Of a DNA stretch of 64,000 nucleotides, positions 50,993 to 63,600 are shown in pieces; positions within the stretch are counted from its first letter, which is position 1; each line of letters begins with the position of its first letter. The stretch lies in NCBI GenBank assembly GCA_037447605.1, contig CM074804.1, forward strand, positions 4,813,909-4,877,908. The letters run 5' to 3'. Position numbers and translations under genes: made by a program. The notes beneath the pieces are model-generated. The model was not told the origin of the DNA, searched no databases, and saw only the letters and a list, made by a program, of their open reading frames with translations. This DNA comes from Zygnema circumcarinatum SAG 698-1b. Taxonomy: Eukaryota; Plantae; Zygnematophyceae.

Positions 50993-53900
50993 ATGACACA
51001 TTCCAACAGAATGCCGAGAACCGGCCATGGAATGACTGCCTGTGGCATGCAGGAACTTTTTGACTCTCCTGAAACTCTGAAAAAGAAGGTGAAACAGTTG
51101 GCGGACATTCTGAGGACAAGCAAGTATACGGTGGTATGCTTGTCCATGCACTTTCTTCTCCCCCTGTTTACCCGTGTGCAAACATCTCTGTGGTTTTTGG
51201 TCTCTCGTGTTCCTCTCCTTCGTTGACGGTGGACCTTGTCGCTGAATTTTTTTCTCTTAAAGAGCGTTTGTTCGGTTATTTGCTATGCTAAAGGAAGTAT
51301 GGCGTTGCCGTTGGCTCGTATTGCTGAGCCACTATTCGCAAGCTGCTTCTACGTCCCGCTGGATGGATTAATGTTTCTTGTGCACTTACGAAGAGACTCT
51401 TTCGTGCTAATACTACGCCACTTTGCCGAGAATCAGTCCTGGCGCTTTGTTTCATTTGCATCTAGCAGTCAGAATCAAAGCTGCATCGTTTAATTCTCTG
51501 CATCTTTGAGTTCTCTTTCGTTATCCGTTGGGGTTGCTATTTCTAGCACTGCAATCAAACTGATTTTTTAGGCGGCGGCGCACCTTCCTGCTGTTCTTGA
51601 AACACTGTTCACTGGGCTGCTTTCTGTCAATTTCCAGGTGTACACCGGAGCCGGGATCTCGACCTCTGCCGGAATTCCTGACTATCGAGGACCTTCGGGT
51701 GTGTGGACACTGAAAGCGCATGGCAAGGAAGTGGTTGAGCCTGATTTTGGGCAGGTTCGACACGTTTCCTTGAATTCCCCATTGAGTTTGTGCACATTCT
51801 GATTGTTCAAATTTACTTTTCTGCTCCTAAGGAACGTCGATTTCTTACGGATAACCTCCATACTCTCGTTTGGCGAATTTCACTGTGTTCCCCCTTTGAG
51901 GATTGGAAGGGCCAGACGTTTACTCGGGCTGTCAATCAGGAGTTTCATCCAATGCCTTGATTGTATGTCATTTGGTTCAAAAATGTTGTTTTCTTGATGG
52001 ATGCTGATTTACGTGCTTTTATCTTGGGTGATTACAGCTGCAACCTACAAGTAGCCATTATGCTATAAAACTTCTGATGAGCAAGAAGCTTGCTCGCCAT
52101 ATAGTGTCACAAAACATTGATGGTTTACATCGGCGCAGCGGTATTAGCTCCAATCAAATAAGCGAACTTCATGGGAATTACTGCTTGGAATCATGTCCTT
52201 CTTGTGGAGCAGAGTACTTTCGCCCTTTTGCAGTTTGGGGCGGTCTTACATCGGCTCCAGGATCAACTGCTCTCAGCGCAGCAACAGCATCTAAAGCAGT
52301 CATGAAGCTTCGCAGAGAAAGCCTTGGGACTGACACTCGCAGCAAAAACGGCAACGAGTCTCTCGTGGGCAGTGGAAGACAGAGGGGTCGAAAAAGACGT
52401 TCATCCACCGAATCAGGGACCCTTGAAGTCGCCCCGCTGCCAGCGAAGTTAGACAAAAAGTCAAGGGGAGAAAATGAGGGTGACATTGCTCCTAACGTTG
52501 CCGACACGACTAAAACAGATTACCCCCAACCTCCCGCAGAAGTCATGAGGTTAGATTCAGAACCGAGGGATGAGTTTTCAAAACAAAGTATGATGGGAAT
52601 ATGCATGGCTGACTCTGGTTACTACGGTGCGATCAATCTACCGACCAAAGCAGATTTGTCTTCAAAACAAGGTGTAAGAGCAGATGCACAAGGAAGCAGC
52701 GGATTCAGAGACGACATGCAAGGGAATGAGCAACCAGTGAGGTGTTTTGTGCGGAGGAGGGAACAGCACAATGTATCTACAGAAAGCGCTAAAAGTGGGA
52801 ACAAAATGGTCAATTGGCGCGGAAGGACAAGGTCTGGTCTTGCTCAGCTCTCAAAGAATCCAGAAAACGATGAGGACTTACTTTTGGATATGGGAACGAA
52901 TTCTGAGCAAGTTTGCCAGGAGAATACTGATTGTATCAGTATGAAAAACCAGGTGAACAAGGTTGAACAGGAGAATACTAACTTAAATGATCGATTCACT
53001 CAGCGTAGCGAGAGGTCAAAGGGAAAACCTTCCCAGTTACAGGGGTCAGGGAGCATTACTGGTGCTATATATGCACAAGAGTGTGGTGAGAGATCTAAGT
53101 ACATAGAGCAGCAAACAATGGAAGAGGAGAGGTGTAACGAGCTTGTTGGAGAAGTTTTGCTCGGTACGACATTGGATGCTACTGGCAAGGACTTGGATAA
53201 AGGTGCAGAAGGAAAATTACTGACAGGCCAAGCTTGTAAACATGATGAAATGGTGAAGGAGGAAGATTGCGGGCAGATTGTTACTGAGCAAAGCAGCGTG
53301 GCTTTAGGGAGGGCAAGACGTACACGCGCATGGTCGAGTCAACCTAGCGGTCCAGTGGGCAAGGTAGAGGATGAGGCGTTAGAGATACTGAAAAGCAGGG
53401 CTGGAAATACTGCCAATGCAATGAACATTGAACATGAAGGGATTCGTGACGGTGCTTCTGTCGCCGGCCATGATCATCGAACTGGGCGCAAATGCGTACG
53501 AAAAGGTTGCAATGGAGATCTTGTGGACTCCGTTGTGCTATTTGGGGAGAGTATGCCTCTTAAGGTAAAACCATCTCACGTCAGATGTTGTTTCCTGTGC
53601 TGAATGATGATGGAATGTTGCAAAGACTACACAAACGCGAGTCAGAATCCTCTTGGCTTTCTGTCCTTGTTATGTTAAGTTGTCATTTTTAGTGTGATTT
53701 TTGCAGTGCTTGTAATCTTCTTGATCGGTCCCTCTTCAGTCTGAGTTTGAGTTTGCGCTTGACTACTAGTGCTCCTTGTCATGACCATCTTAGGCTTTGC
53801 AAGGAGCCGAGGAGCATTCAGCGAAAGCCGAGGTAGCGCTCGTCTTGGGCTCCAGTTTGCGAGTAGGACCGGCTTGCGACTTTCCTGGAAATGTCCCTGA

Positions 53901-55327
53901 TCATGGTGGAAAGCTTGTGATTGTCAATTTACAACGTACTCCAATGGATAGGAAGGCTTCATTGGTGAGTCTACATACTCCCCAGGTGTGTCACCTGGAG
54001 TTCGGACAGCTATAGGGTCCAAGTTATTTAGAGTGTCGAACCTGCAGTAGTCAACTTTCTCCATGAGAAAGCTGCAGTGTCCTCTGATCAAGCGTTGAGA
54101 CTGAACTGATGGCATGATGAGGCTATTGAGATAATTCAATAAGGGAAGACCCATAGTTCCTTGTGTATACCAAGCTCTGTCAGACGTTGGAGCTTGCGTT
54201 GCAGAAAGTACAGGAGGTTCGGACAATATATGAAGGAGCTTAGTCGGGACATGAATTTGAGCTTGATCATCCGTCTTTCGACTGCTTTCTTGCAGGTTAT
54301 TCACGGCCGCTGCGATGAAGTTATGGAGCTTCTCCTGGCTGAACTCAATTTGAGTTCCAAAAAACCTCAGAAGTCTACAGGTCCAGACGCCAAGGCGATC
54401 CCTGATGAAGAACTGAATGCTTCAGCTACTGCTGTGCCGAGAGGCAACTCCACTGTTTTCATGGCTCGAGCTGACCCGAAGAGAGACAAAAAGCGCAGTG
54501 GAAGTGAAAGCCGAAACAGTTTGAGGACAGGAAGTTCGGCCAAAGGGCCACTGAAGGTGAAACTGAAGATTGGGTCCAGTTTAAGGAAGGAATTGGAGGG
54601 GCGCTCTTTGGGGACACTGCCTGCCGTAGAGTCTGAACATTTTTTGAATATTTCGTCAGAAGGTGGGAGGCGTCACTCGAGTAGAAGGCGGAGCATGACA
54701 TTTGATGAAGCAGTGGCCTTCTTGGAGCGCAGCCATAAGGATGGATTCTCGCTTGGCAAAGACATCCTCCATGATAGCATGGGACATGTAAGTGACGACT
54801 TGGGAGAGAGGGGAGTGGCTATTGCTAAGACTAAGCAAGCCAATGGCCTTCATGCTTGTGAAATAGAGGAAACCCCCGAAGGAGCTGCTCAATCCTCCAT
54901 CGGACATGGGGATTTTGATTTTGGCCAAGGGGAGACGCCTGCTGACATTACCGTTAGTTGCCCTCAGCGGGAGCAACAGTCTATGGCTAGCAGTTCATTT
55001 TCCAAGTCACCTTCTCAAGGGGGGCAGGAGGAGGGCGAACCGGTAGGGGAGCAGCCCAATCAATGGCGGAGCTACAAGAGGCGGAGGCAGTTACTATGCT
55101 CCGAGAGCCCGGGGCGTCCATTGAGCAGTGTGACTGACAGGACCAACCAGACGCAACTGGATGATGCTGTCCAACAGGAAGGCAGACATGGAGGAGATGA
55201 TGGGTTTCTGGGTTCAGGGGTGTTGACTATCATTCCTGGGTTTTACGAGCCCGCTGATTCGAGATCAAGCGAGCCGAGGATGGGCTCAGCATTGTCGACT
55301 AGGAGAATTGTTTGCTCTGGCGCATAG
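50993..55327 (+). CDS. Class IV NAD+-dependent deacylase, SIRT7-like, with a very long insertion in the Zn-binding module and a long low-complexity C-terminus
   Basis: [44 protein letters not shown] (catalytic His), CPSC (52194-52205) ... [12 protein letters not shown] (53493) [47 protein letters not shown]. Four GT-AG introns. The start codon is uncertain (50993 is the first in-frame ATG). Confidence 0.88.
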
Positions 55328-55819
55328 GGACATTATTTCAATTACACATTTTTTTTCCAGTCTGTAGGAAGTCTGGAGGGCTACATTGCCTTAGTTTTGT
55401 GTGCACTTCGCTCTGATTTCAGGGACATTAACGAAAATTTGAATGGATCGCACAAATCATTCTCAATGCGTCTGTCTTCCCGGCCGCTTTTCTCGCACCT
55501 TTACCGCGGTGAGAATTAGCAGTTCCAACCAGAGGTTCCAAGTATGCCCACGGTGACCCAGCAAGTACGAAATATGCTAGGAAAGCATATTTCCTATTTG
55601 CTGCTTGGGGGCAAACGGCCACTTTTTCAAAAGGGCCGAGACTCGGTCACGGGTCATTATACCTGATTAGAGACACACCTTTTTGCGCCTGCTTCTAGTG
55701 CCGAATTGGCAGGTAGCGTTCTGCTCGTACTTTCTCTCTCTTTAATAGGCCAATTGGGACCGTTGTCACATTGGTTCTACAGATTGCATTTTTCATGCAT
55801 GCACATTTGATAAGAAAGG

Positions 55820-55915
55820 AAAATGGCATTGCACTCACGATGGCGAGGCCATTAAATGCACATGGACAAAAGCAGCATGGGGAACCACAAGGGATGCCAT
55901 CAAATGTCATCGAGA
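55820..55915 (+). repeat. Dispersed repeat module copy
   Basis: AAAATGGCATTGCACTCACGATGGCGAGGCCATTAAATGCACATGGACAAAAGCAGCATGGGGAACCACAAG. Confidence 0.82.
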
Positions 55916-57694
55916 ACACGCGCTCACGAAGCGGACAAAATTCGCGATGGCCCGCCCATCCAAAAGTCCCAAGGCGCGCAGGAAGCACATAACGACAAAT
56001 TCACTCAGCCAGAAAGGGCCGACATGTACGGACACGCTGAAATTGTACACCGACGGAGCCTCAACTGGACTACAGTAGCTACACGGAAGGGCGGTCGCAG
56101 GGAACCCGTCCAACCGCGACAACCGCAACGGACAAGCGGACAATGGCAGCAAGTCCCCGTCCAGCCACGCGTCCGTACGGTCGTACCAACGTCCTCCACC
56201 GTACGGCTACACCGCATCCATCCATCAGAAAGTCAACGCAGGCAGCGCGCGGTTCGTACCGTACGGCCGCCGTTTCCAGATTCCAGAACAAATCCGATAT
56301 CCAAATGAAAAGGCCGTACGGTGTTGCGGCCGTACTGTACTACGATCCGCCGTACAGTAGGTGGTTAGCGCCGCCGCCCGCGGCTCTCGGGGAGGGCGGC
56401 AGGGAAGGCCCCGCGGCCAGGCACCGCCAAATTAGGGAATTCCCTAAAATTCCGATTTTTACTTATTATTATAGGGACAATTTTGAGTTTCATTTTAGGG
56501 ATTTGAGGGACCTTTTTTTGTTTTCATACCTTTTTTGTACTTTTTTGGTGCTATTTTTGTAGTTTTTTTGGGTACTTTGGACGGAGTTTTTGTCCCATAG
56601 TAGCATGCGAATGTCATCACCCACCTCCGAAGTCGAAAAAGCCATCCGTACTTGAACAATCATGCAACCCCTTCAAGGCAAATTTACGACCACAGTTTTT
56701 ACTTACATTTGGATTGTTGCTGATATGTCTAACGACGCATGAAGCATCAGCGTTCGACTCCATTTTCACCCCATGTTGTCATTTATAACAAAATGAATAA
56801 ATTCGATTCCTAGAGGCTGCAGAAAAACAAGTATGCGTAGGAGGATGCTCTGAATTTATAATTCAGGATTAAAATTGTATAGTTGAATCGATTCAGATGG
56901 GACCTTCAACCCAAAGAGCAGCTTTCCCTAGGGGTTCCCACAGCCGCAAGCCAAGCGAAGGCTGACTGTCCAAGAACTGAACAATTGAAAATGCAACTCT
57001 CTTTTCTCCAAAGCCCTCACCCAAACCCCTGTGCTGCCCTCCCCACATTTTCGCCAACAAGACGCCACACATATACAAGCAGCCACAAGGCCTGTTTGTG
57101 AGTCCGAGCAGTCACCTTGAGACGCCTCATTTCGTTTTTTTTTTAATTTTTTTTTTCCATATTGAAGAGGCGGCCTTATAATAGGGAATTTCTGAGTTTT
57201 ATTTTGACTATTCCAGGGAAATCCTCCAAAAAATCCCTTATTTGACGATGCCTGCCCCCGGCATCCATGCGCCCCAGAGCCCTGGAGGGGAGTACCGGCG
57301 CGACCGGTCACCGGGGGAGTTGCGCGCGCGGGCGGGCACGGATTGGAGCTGCGCCGCGGTGCGAGGGAGGGAGGGAGGGAGGGAGGGAGGGAAGGAAGGA
57401 AGGGAGGAAGGGGAGTCGCGCTCGCAGTGTTGAGTGCTTGAGAAAGGGCGGCCTTTTGAAGGTTTCGGGAGTCACATGCGCCGTTCCTCTCTGAGGGAGC
57501 CGCAGCTGACTATAACGGAGGGCAGCTCGCAGTGGATGGCGACACGGGAGGAGCTACATTGCGCATTGTCCACTTACTGCAGTTCCAATTCGAGATTTTA
57601 GTGTTTAGCTCCACTGAAGCCTTTTCACTTCAGTTCATCCACTCTCCTTGCTGTAACCGGATCCCTTCTTATTCAACTAATGGCAGAGTAGGAG

Positions 57695-60600
57695 ATGATG
57701 GCAGGCGACCAGGGCGACGCAGTCGCTATGGGAGATGATTGGCGAAAGGAAAGTACTGGTGACATAGTCGATCTGAACAGCCAGGGTAAAGGAGGAGCAT
57801 TTGAGCTATCGTCGGGACATAGTGAGTCGGTCTCTGCTAAAGTTGATGGCTGCGATGAGGCACAAGTAGGGAGGGAGGCAGAGAGTAAGGGGGATGAGGT
57901 TGAAGGAGAGAAGGAGGAGACAGGCTTTGAAGCAGAAAGCGTCAAGAGGCGGCTGGCAGAGTGGGGTTCAGTAAGAGCCAATCACGTAGAAATTGAAAGT
58001 AACGCAGGCGCAAAGGAGGAACTTTCTTCACTTGTGAACAGTTCAGTTGAAAGGAACAATTTTGACATGTCAATTCAGGTGAGTGAGGAAGGAGTAAATG
58101 CCAGAGGTGCGGAGGAGGAGCTTAGGTGTACAGGTCAGTCTGAAGGGGCGAAAAGAGCAATGGAGCTACAGATGGAGGAGGCTGGAGGCATTAATGTGAA
58201 GGAGATGAATAGATCCGAGGAGGAACCCGATATTCAGGATGCGATCGTGGTGGACGAGAGCGAGAAGCTCGAGGCGGGAGAGAGAGCGAAGGAGAGACAT
58301 TCTCGTAGTGAGGATTTTCAGAAGACGAGCGCTGAGGCAGAAGTGTGTCAGGAGGTGGTCGACCTCCAAGAGAAAAATCAAGAAGGCAAGCGTGAAGGGG
58401 AGGATATGCAAGCCGAGGACGGGGAGAAAAAAGCGGGAGGTGGGGAGATAAAAAGGGCTGAACTTGATATGGCGAAGTGGGAAGCAGAGCAGGTAAAGGA
58501 GGACTTTCAGCAAAGGCTGAGAGAGAATAGGGACAGTGCTCAAGTGCATGAATCTGAGGAACAGAATGAATCGTATAAAATAAGTTTTGTTGCTAATGAA
58601 ACTCCTCAGCTAAAAGAAGGGCAGGAAAAAGTTGAGAGTGTGTATGAGGAGATAGGCGACAAGGAGATCAAGATCGAGGGAAAGCCTCCTAAGGCAGCTG
58701 TGGAAGAAAAGGAGCAAAACTTGGGTGGGGAAGGAATTGAGCAAAAAATGATTGAGGAGGAGAGATTGGAGACCTCAGAAGAGGAAAGCAATTGTCAGGA
58801 TGAAGGGATAGCCTACAAAGCGAGGAATGGACATGAAAAAGATGAGATGGAGCAGGAGGGAGAGCGTGAACTGGAGCAGAACGGAACCGAGACAGAATTC
58901 GGAAGCAAAGAGACTGAGCTACAATTGAAGGACACGGAAAGTGAGGCGAAAGTGCTTCTCGATCTGCCTGAACTAGAAAAAATAGAAGTTAAGGAAGCCA
59001 CATGGAAATCTGAAGGAGGAGCGGGGGAGAGAGAGGATGGGAAGAGCCTATTGGATGGAAATGCTGAAGCGAAGGAGACAGAGGTAGAGCAGGCGCTGGA
59101 GGGGAGGGAGGCTGAGCAGAAATTGAGAGAAGAAAAGTCAACGTTGATTGCAGGGATGCTGCAGCCTGAAGAGGCAGAGGGTGAAGTTGAGCAAGGAATG
59201 GAGGAACTTAGGAGCGAACGTAAACAAGTATTGGCAGAGGAAGATGAGCAGATGCAGGAGGAAGTTGCCCGATTAGAATATAACGAAGTGGAGCTGAAAG
59301 CGACGAACATGGAAAATGGGGCTAACCTGGTTGACAAGCATGCTCCGCTTGACGTGGAAGCAAGGCTGGAGGATAAAGAGAAAATGCAGAGCGAGATAGA
59401 TATGGCTGTGGGGAGGAGAGACAAAGAGGGAGAGGACGAGAGACAGAAAAAAGCGGAAGACAAAGGAAGGATAGGAATTGAGAAGAGAATACAAGGGGTG
59501 GGGAATCCAGAGGGCAATTTGGAAGAGCAGACTGCTCAGCTACATGTTGAAGACAGGGAGGAAATGCGGGTGATGGCTGAGAAGGAAGATATGTATGAAG
59601 TGCAAGAAGTGCAGGAAAAAGTTGAGAGTGTGTATGAGGATATAGGCGACAAGGAGATTAAGATCGAGGGAAAGCCTCCTAAGGCAGTTGTGGAAGAAAA
59701 GGAGCAAAACATGGGTGCGGAAGGAATTGAGCAAAAAATGATTGAGGAGGAGAGATTGGAGACCTCAGAAGAGGAAAGCAATGGTCAGGAAGAAGGGATA
59801 GCCTATAAAGCTAGAAATGAACATGAAAAAGCTGAGATGGAGCAGGAGGGAGAGCGTGAACTGGAGCAGAACGGAACCGGGACAGAATTCGGAAGCAAAG
59901 AGACTGAGCTACAATTGAAGGACAGAGAAATTGAGGCGAAAGTGCTTCTCGATCAGCCTGAACTGGAAGAAATAGAAGTTAAGGAAGCCACATGGGAATC
60001 TGAAGGAGCGGGAGAGAGAGAGGATGGGAAGAGCCTATTGGATGGAAATGCTGAAGCGAAGGAGGCAGAGGTAGAGCAGGCGCTGGAGGAGAGGGAGGCT
60101 GAGCAGAAATTGAGAGTAGAGAAGCCAACGGTGATTGCAGGGATGCTGCAGCCTGAAGAAGCAGAAGGTGAAGTTGAGCAAGGAATGGAGGAACTTAGGA
60201 GCGAACGTAAACAAGTATTGGCAGAGGAAGATGAGCAGATGAAGAGGCAGGAGGAAGTTGCCCAATTAGGATATAACGAAGTGGAGCTGGAAGCGGCGAA
60301 CATGAAAAATGGAGCTAGCCTGGTTGACAGGCATGCTCCGCTTGACGTGGAAGCAAGGCTGGTAGAGATTTTGGAGGCTAAAGAGAAAATGCAGAGCGAG
60401 GTAGATATGGCTGTGGAGAGGATAGACAGAGAGGGAGAAGACGAGCGACAGAAAAAAGCGGAAGACAAAGGGAGGATAGGAATTGAGAAGAGAATGCAAG
60501 GGGTGGGGAATCCAGAGGGCAATTTGGAAGAGCAGACTGCTCAGCTACATGTTGAAGACAGGGAGGAAATGCGGGTGATGGCTGAGAAGGAAGATATGTA

Positions 60601-63600
60601 TGAAGTGCAGGAAATTGGTGACAATGTAAACGTCACCATAAAGCGAGACGAATCTCAGAACAGCTTCAGGGACACTAACCAAGAATTGGAGGAATCGTTC
60701 ACTGAGCAGGACGTGAAGAAGGAAGAACATGAGAAAGAAGTGGTTAAACGAATTGTTGAGCTTGAGCCGGGAGAGAGAGAGGTAGAGGAGAAGGGGGAGG
60801 AGGAGGTGCAGGAAAAGGGAGTCGACAAGAGATTGCGAGAGCAAATAAGTGAGATGGTAGTATCTGACATGAAGGCTTCACTTGGCCTTAACGAGGAGGT
60901 CGACAAGCAACTAGAAGAGGAACATAATCCTCTCGAAGGAGATGTGGTGCTTGAAGCGATTGTTGAAACACCTGCTCCTGGAGTCGAAGAACTAGGCGAA
61001 AAGGGGAAAATGCTGAAGTCTGAGCTGGAGTTGTGGAAGATCGAATTCACTGACAGTGAAACTCAGATTGAAACAGAGAAAGAAGGTAGGGTAGATGTGA
61101 AGGAGGCTGGAGATATGGAAAAGCTAGCAGATTTGGACCTTGTAATGGAGGAGGACGAATCTGAACAACTAAAAGTGAAAGGTGAGAGAGACTTGGAAAG
61201 GACAGGCTTAATTCCATTCAACCAGAAAGAAGCTGTAAGTGAAGTAGAAATGACAGAAGATGAATTGGCAGAGGGAAAAGCCGAATTTGTTGTATCGCAT
61301 GCGGAGAACGATAAATACAAACAAAGCAAGGAGGTAAGGGAGATGGCCAATTTTCATGGAAGGCAGGAGTTTCAGCCGGAGGTAGATGATGGAGAAGTTA
61401 AAGGGAGAAGCAAAAGTGAAGACCTAGAGTCGGAAGGGCAGGAGATGAGTGAGACATTAGATTTAGAACAGAGAAAGAAACCCGAAGGAGAATTAAGTAT
61501 TGATAACGGTACTGTGACGGCGCAAATAGAGGTTCTTGAAGTGGCAGACAGACTGTGTGAGGATAATTGTGCAGACGCACAGGTTGCGAAGTGTGCTGTT
61601 GATTTTGATGATCAACCGCCACAGCTGGAAGTAAAGGAGAACCATGGTGAGGACAACATGGCCGAGCTTGCTCAGGCTGAAGTCAAGGAGACAGAAGCAG
61701 ATGGTGGGGTTGCGGGAAAAGACACTGAGCAGCCATCACGAACTGATGTACGTGTAGATGAATCGTCTACGGAGTGCCTTTCTTATCAACAGGAAGAAGA
61801 GAAGGATTTCGTAAACGTGATAGGGATTTCAGAGAAAGAACTCGAAGGTGAACCTTCAGAAAGCGAAGAGAAAGGAGGAGCGAGGAATGAAGTGATTGTC
61901 CAAAACGGTCAAGTTGAAGAGCGTGAGAGGGAAGTGAAGCTGACTGGCGCTGAGCTGGTAAATGAGGAGGTAAGTGCTCAGCAACAGTATGCAGGGAAAA
62001 TTCATGTGGTGGAGGTCGTAAGGGAAAACATCTTGATTGAACTGGAGACGGATCGACGCAAGCTTGAGGTGGCGCAAGAGTGGAACGAGATGAGTGTGGC
62101 AGACCAAAATCTTCAGAATGACATCGAGACAACAGAATCGAAGTGGACTCAGGAGGAGAAGCAGGTTCAGCCGGACTTGAGAGATGTCGGACAAGAGGCA
62201 TCCGGACAGCAAGATCAGGTTAAAGTGGTAGAGAAGTTAGGTGATAAAATTCTTGAGCAAGGGAATATAGGTAGAACACAAGATGAGGAGTTTACCAGGA
62301 TAAGGCTTGTAGAGACAGCTGGCAAGGAGTCAGTGGATGAACCAACAAGTCGAGAAGCTATCAAGTTATTGACGGAGGTCGGAAGAGAGGAAGAAGCTGT
62401 TGAGGAAAAGCATCAGCTGGAGTTAAGGACTTCGGAAGCTAACCATTCAATTGAAGAAGCACAGTTTGTAAAAAAATTGACGGATATTGCAGTTGGGAAA
62501 AGAGAGAGCGAGCTTGCAGTGGAGGGGACTGAACCTCAGCAACAACAATCTCCGTTAGTTGAAAACACAGAAGCCACCAATGGTCTAAGTCACCCTGAGT
62601 TGAAGGAAGAGGAACAAGAACTCAAGATAGACGAGAGAACACCTGAGGCTGGTATACAAGAAAATCAGGTGCAGCAGCAGAAAGGTCTTGAGTGGGACGT
62701 CAGTCGTAATGCTGAAGTCATTGGGCTGCAAGCCGGCGAGGTTGAAAGCAGGGAGGTACAAGCAATATATACCGTTCAAAAAGGCAATGTTGACGTTGAG
62801 GGAAAAGCGCAGGACTCTGATTTGCAGGAGACAAAAGTAGAAAGTGTGAAAGACAGTGATGACAACCTCGCAGTTGGAGACAAGATAGCTGATGAAAATA
62901 TCACCCTGGTAGCACTTGGCGACATGACGACGTTTCATGAAGTGCAAGAAAGAAGACCAAAGAATCAGGACCAGGAATTGGTAACGGACCGCACTGATTT
63001 GCCGGGAGGAAGTCGGCAGATGAATGAGGACGCTACATCGTTAGAAGGTTTTCAAAGAATTGCAAAGGTGGGTGAGACTGCGAGTGAGAGGGAGATCATC
63101 GTGTTTGTGGAGACTGAGGAAGGGGAGACTGAGAGGGCAATCAACATAGCGAACGAGCCGCAGAACCATCCAGCAATCAAAGGGTCTGCACTGGGATATG
63201 ACGATGGGGTGGAGAATGCTGCCCTCGCATATGATAGGACGGTGGCAGAGTTTGAGGAGGGCGCAATGGTAAGCGAAAGAGGAGAGGCAGGTGACATCAT
63301 GTCAATGGAAACCGGAGTTGGAATGGCGGGTCGGACAAGAGAGCAAAGTAGTGGTTTGCTAGACGGTGTGGATGGCCATGGAAAGGTCAAACTGGCTAAT
63401 TGTGACAGGAAGGAAGATGCTACTGTCGATATAGAGGCAGTGCAGGCGACAGTTCACATGGAGGGTAGCAGTGAGAAAGGAGTCGCAACTAGGGTTCCGG
63501 AGAGGGAGGCTGAAAAGAGTAATGATGTGGCAGAAGATGACGTGCAGGCTGTAGTCGAGGAGGTCATCAAGATTTTGCAATCGGATGCTGCTGCTGAAGG

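Noticed and set aside
55650-56600. A fourth long-TIR element around the repeat module at 55820
   Set aside because: Fragments resemble element C's TIR (ACACACCTTTTT at about 55670), but no inverted partner or TSD could be established.
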